In this document: positions 60,710 through 64,000 of the stretch, piece by piece
Layout of the letters: every line of letters begins with the position of its first letter
Position numbering within the stretch: position 1 is the stretch's first letter
Assembly: GCA_001772865.1 (NCBI GenBank)
Contig: MEVD01000003.1
Coordinates: forward strand, 62,812-126,811
Reading direction: 5' to 3'
Source of the DNA: a candidate division WWE3 bacterium RIFCSPHIGHO2_02_FULL_38_14
GTDB lineage: Bacteria > Patescibacteriota > WWE3 > UBA101185 > UBA10185
Length of the DNA stretch: 64,000 bases
The notes under the pieces: generated by a model
Database searches by the model: none
What the model was told of the DNA's origin: nothing
What the model saw: only the letters and a program-made list of their open reading frames with translations
Program-made: the position numbers and the translations under genes

Positions 60710-61606
60710 ATGCTTGAAAAAATAAAGTGGTTTATAAATGCTTCGATTTCTTTAGACTTAGGGTTTTGGAAAGTTTCAGTCTGGAGTGTTGATAAAAAAC
60801 TGGAGTTTATTGTATTAAAATATCTCGAAATCTTCCTCAATTTATCACGAGTAAAAGTTTTTAATCTTGGAGATAGTAGCTTAAAGTTGTTCGGTAAAGA
60901 AATATTTTATGATACTGTTTTCGGTATCGCCGGGTATCAAAGCATGCTTTCGAGGCACCAGAAAATGTTAAAATTCGCAAAAATCGAAAAAGTGTATAAC
61001 ATTATTGATATAGGTGCGAATGTAGGCTTTTTTTCACTGGTATGCAGAGATTTATATAAAGATGCCGAAGTATTTGCTGTTGAGCCTGTTGTTAGCGCTT
61101 ATAAATGTTTAAAAAAGAACTTAAATAATCCTAAAGATCATATATTCCAACTGGCAATATCCGATAAAAATGGAAAAGAAAGAATGGAATTCACCGAAGA
61201 TAATACAGCAGTAAGTAGTGTCATAAGAAATGAAACTGGTTTTAATAAAATTAACAATAATGGTAAAAACACACAATTTGTGGAGGTTGAAGCAAAAACA
61301 TTGGATACTTTTGTAAATGAAAATAAACTGGAAATAATAGACATTTTGAAAGTTGATACTGAATCGTTTGAATATAATGTGCTTAAATCCGCATACAATA
61401 CACTTAAAAATACCAGATACCTTCACTTAGAAATAAGCATAGAAAATAATTCAAACTATACGTTTACCCAGATTAATAGTTTACTATTTTCTAATGACTT
61501 CAATTTTCAGCTGCTTTGTTTTAGGAATTTTACAGATAGAGGAGATGGCCCGATTCCGGTTGGGGATTTTTTATTTAAAAATATTATGATGGAGTTTTAT
61601 GGATAA
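60710..61606 (+). CDS. FkbM-family methyltransferase
   Basis: IIDIGANVG, AVEP, TLD and IDILKVDTE motifs. Confidence 0.9.
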   Translation: MLEKIKWFINASISLDLGFWKVSVWSVDKKLEFIVLKYLEIFLNLSRVKVFNLGDSSLKLFGKEIFYDTVFGIAGYQSMLSRHQKMLKFAKIEKVYNIIDIGANVGFFSLVCRDLYKDAEVFAVEPVVSAYKCLKKNLNNPKDHIFQLAISDKNGKERMEFTEDNTAVSSVIRNETGFNKINNNGKNTQFVEVEAKTLDTFVNENKLEIIDILKVDTESFEYNVLKSAYNTLKNTRYLHLEISIENNSNYTFTQINSLLFSNDFNFQLLCFRNFTDRGDGPIPVGDFLFKNIMMEFYG

Positions 61607-63785
61607 CTCTAATAACAAAAACTTGGCATTTTTAATATTAGCATTTTTACTTGGAATGGCGTTAACTCTGCCTGTATTTACAAAAGTTCCACCACATGCA
61701 GACGAACATCAGTTTTATTTTAATGCGTTCAGTATTATGGGTGGAGAAGCCCTTCATAATTATGTTCATGTAGCTTTCACTGAATATCTGCTGGCTGCTT
61801 TTTTTACGGTAGTTAATATGTTTACAGTTTCAGGTGTTAATTTTCCACAGGCCGGTCCAACTATGGTAACGGTTTATTTTGCCAGATATTTTGGATTGAT
61901 GCTTTATATTTTGGCATTTATTTTCTGCGTTATTGTACTCCAAAAAGGAGAAAGGAAAATTAAGCTTAGAAGCGTTATTTTTACTTTTTTATATTTCGGT
62001 TCAATCGGAGTGTTTGAAAGGTTTTTCAGAGTTAATTCCGATTCAATGCTAGTTCTAATATTTCTGAATTATCTGATACTTTCATTTTGGTTTCATAAGA
62101 AAAAGGCTTCTGTTTTTAAGTTTTTTATTCTGAACTTGGTATTTTTATTTATTGCTACTTTTACAAATCTGAAATCACTTTATTTAATATTTCCAATGTT
62201 CATTCTTAATGTGGTTTGTCCTTTCTTTTTCTATAACAGAACTGAAAAACCCGTTGAAAATGGAATAAACTTGGGAAGAAACCTACCGAAAATATACCTT
62301 CTGATTTTCTACTTTGTCGGGCTCATCTTGGGAGTAATAGTCTTATGGACGGTATTTATTCCGCAGCCTCACAATACCAGAAATTTCTGGTATTCAGTCA
62401 AAAAGACTATTGTTCATGGTACTCAGTTTGATTTCGATTTTCCTGGGCAGTCATATGGAAGCTGGAAAGTATATATTTACGACCTGTTTTCAGAATATAC
62501 AGGATTTGGCGTCTTATTGGCACTTATATTATTATTTTTTGTTTATAGACGGATCGGTAAATTAAGGATTCAGCAAATATTTGATGCAATAAAGGAACAA
62601 GTTGGTTTTCATATTCTGAGTAGTGGCGAATTAATAAAATCGACCGAATTAATTCTATTATTAAGTCTTTTTGCATACTACATAGGTGTGTCTATGGCGG
62701 TCGTACACTGGTCCAGATGGGGAATACCGTTGGGAATCATTACATTAATGCTTTTTTCAGTATGGGGAGAGTATTTTTTGGAAAGAATTTTTGTAAACTA
62801 TAAATCAGCAAATCTGCCTTTAGCCAGAATTATAGTCGTTCTTCTTTTTTTAACTTTGGTGTTAAGAGTTGCCATGACAATAGATATTTACAAAACAAAT
62901 TATCCGGAATTGGATGGATGGAAACAGACATATAAGGATGTAGAAAAGTATTTAGAACAAGAAAATATACCACCCGCTGACTGGATGAAATATGCCACAT
63001 GGTTTACAGGTTATACACAAAATATAAAAACTATGTCGCTTGAGCAGATTGCCAATGTGGAAAATTCAGATATAAAATATGTTTTTGTTCCCTATTGGAA
63101 TATCGGATTTTTGCATACTAATAAGAATATTGACTTAGGTACCCACAACCAGAGAGCTATTATAGACAAATACGCGGAAAGCATTATATATAGAACTCCG
63201 TCATTAACTTCCAGTTATAGTCATATTTCAAAATTTATAGCCTGGAGAGTTTTCGGTCTGTCATATACCCCTGAATTTGAGGGGATGACGGAACCGCAAT
63301 ATGCTATTGTTAAGCTCAAGGAAAATCCCGGTGAAATAAATCTGAATTATGAAGTGGGATTTAACGATATGTCTCATTACGACTCCCCATATTCCTTGAT
63401 TTTTAACATGAAAAATCTTACTGATAGCTATATGTTTGCGCCGTGCTATTCATTTCCGGATACTGTTGATGAAAAAGAGGGGAAATCGGTACTGCCTCCA
63501 AAAGAATTCGGCATAGGTGGAAGAACTTCAGGATTATACTGTCATAGCATAAGGTTCAGGCTTTTGTTTAAAGGAAGTTATCGAATACGAGTAGAGAACT
63601 TGCCTGATGATTCTGATGGGCTGCAAAGGGTGTATTCAAATATGGCTGGATATAAATGGGACTCTGAAACAGATACTCTATCATTTGAGAATCCTACAAC
63701 AATGATTCCGGGTGAATTCGGAGTTGCCACTAAGGAAAAGTATCTTCCTGACCTGAAATTCCGGGTTTTTTATAAGCATGATTGA
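61599..63785 (+). CDS. Multi-TM GT-C-like protein with C-terminal soluble domain
   Basis: HADE loop after TM1, RVNSD motif; about 11-12 TM segments. Confidence 0.55.
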   Translation: MDNSNNKNLAFLILAFLLGMALTLPVFTKVPPHADEHQFYFNAFSIMGGEALHNYVHVAFTEYLLAAFFTVVNMFTVSGVNFPQAGPTMVTVYFARYFGLMLYILAFIFCVIVLQKGERKIKLRSVIFTFLYFGSIGVFERFFRVNSDSMLVLIFLNYLILSFWFHKKKASVFKFFILNLVFLFIATFTNLKSLYLIFPMFILNVVCPFFFYNRTEKPVENGINLGRNLPKIYLLIFYFVGLILGVIVLWTVFIPQPHNTRNFWYSVKKTIVHGTQFDFDFPGQSYGSWKVYIYDLFSEYTGFGVLLALILLFFVYRRIGKLRIQQIFDAIKEQVGFHILSSGELIKSTELILLLSLFAYYIGVSMAVVHWSRWGIPLGIITLMLFSVWGEYFLERIFVNYKSANLPLARIIVVLLFLTLVLRVAMTIDIYKTNYPELDGWKQTYKDVEKYLEQENIPPADWMKYATWFTGYTQNIKTMSLEQIANVENSDIKYVFVPYWNIGFLHTNKNIDLGTHNQRAIIDKYAESIIYRTPSLTSSYSHISKFIAWRVFGLSYTPEFEGMTEPQYAIVKLKENPGEINLNYEVGFNDMSHYDSPYSLIFNMKNLTDSYMFAPCYSFPDTVDEKEGKSVLPPKEFGIGGRTSGLYCHSIRFRLLFKGSYRIRVENLPDDSDGLQRVYSNMAGYKWDSETDTLSFENPTTMIPGEFGVATKEKYLPDLKFRVFYKHD

Positions 63786-63832
63786 TATGTATAATTAATT
63801 TAAACGCAGGTTTCATTTTTTACGGAGGTATT

Positions 63833-64000
63833 ATGAAATATTTTATAACTGGTGCTTCGGGTATGCTGGGAACAACCTTGTACAAATTATTTACAAAGGC
63901 TGGTCATCAGGTAGTTTCTACTGATTTAAATCCTTTAGATAAGTGGACTATTAAATTAGACGTTCGTGATAAAGATAAAGTTCACTCGATGATAAAAGAA
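63833..64000 (+). CDS. RmlD-like NAD(P)-dependent sugar reductase/epimerase (partial; runs off the window)
   Basis: MKYFITGASGMLG...LDVRD; GGAGGT Shine-Dalgarno; TGTATAAT at 63788. Confidence 0.75.
   Translation, partial: MKYFITGASGMLGTTLYKLFTKAGHQVVSTDLNPLDKWTIKLDVRDKDKVHSMIKE

Noticed and set aside
1162-61426. Many short antisense or alternate-frame ORFs in the track
   Set aside because: They lie inside well-supported genes, have no motifs, and are the expected shadows of codon bias.
1-64000. Host-wide UGA recoding, CRISPR arrays, transposases, integrases, introns or inteins
   Set aside because: TGA ends core genes at their expected C-termini. No spaced repeats or mobile-element motifs were seen, and core genes have no intervening sequences.

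Overview
Low-GC (about one-third by eye) bacterial chromosome segment using the standard genetic code. It is most likely Patescibacteria/CPR (WWE3/Microgenomates-like; inferred from the missing rpmD/L30, compact RpoB and CPR-type CAP and DUF4012-like genes). Bases 1-23.8 kb hold the core: lepB, rpoBC, the str cluster (rpsL-rpsG-fusA-tuf) and the S10-spc ribosomal cluster through secY-ybaB-adk-map, with no infA/alpha operon following. Bases 23.8-64 kb are a >40 kb surface-glycosylation locus. It has five polyprenyl-phosphate-sugar-synthase-like GT2s, seven GT-C-type membrane transferases, two Wzx-like flippases plus a GtrA fusion, GT4s, methyltransferases, a B12 radical SAM enzyme, a ferredoxin and a CDP-3,6-dideoxyhexose module. 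The most unusual observations are: uL3 lacking about 65 internal residues behind a structured attenuator-like leader; an RNA polymerase with clustered substitutions at normally invariant active-centre residues; a GC-rich TIM-barrel gene broken only by two in-frame TGA codons; a cryptic, internally deleted ugd pseudogene; and repeated leaderless promoters. All calls come from reading motifs by eye; no searches were run.
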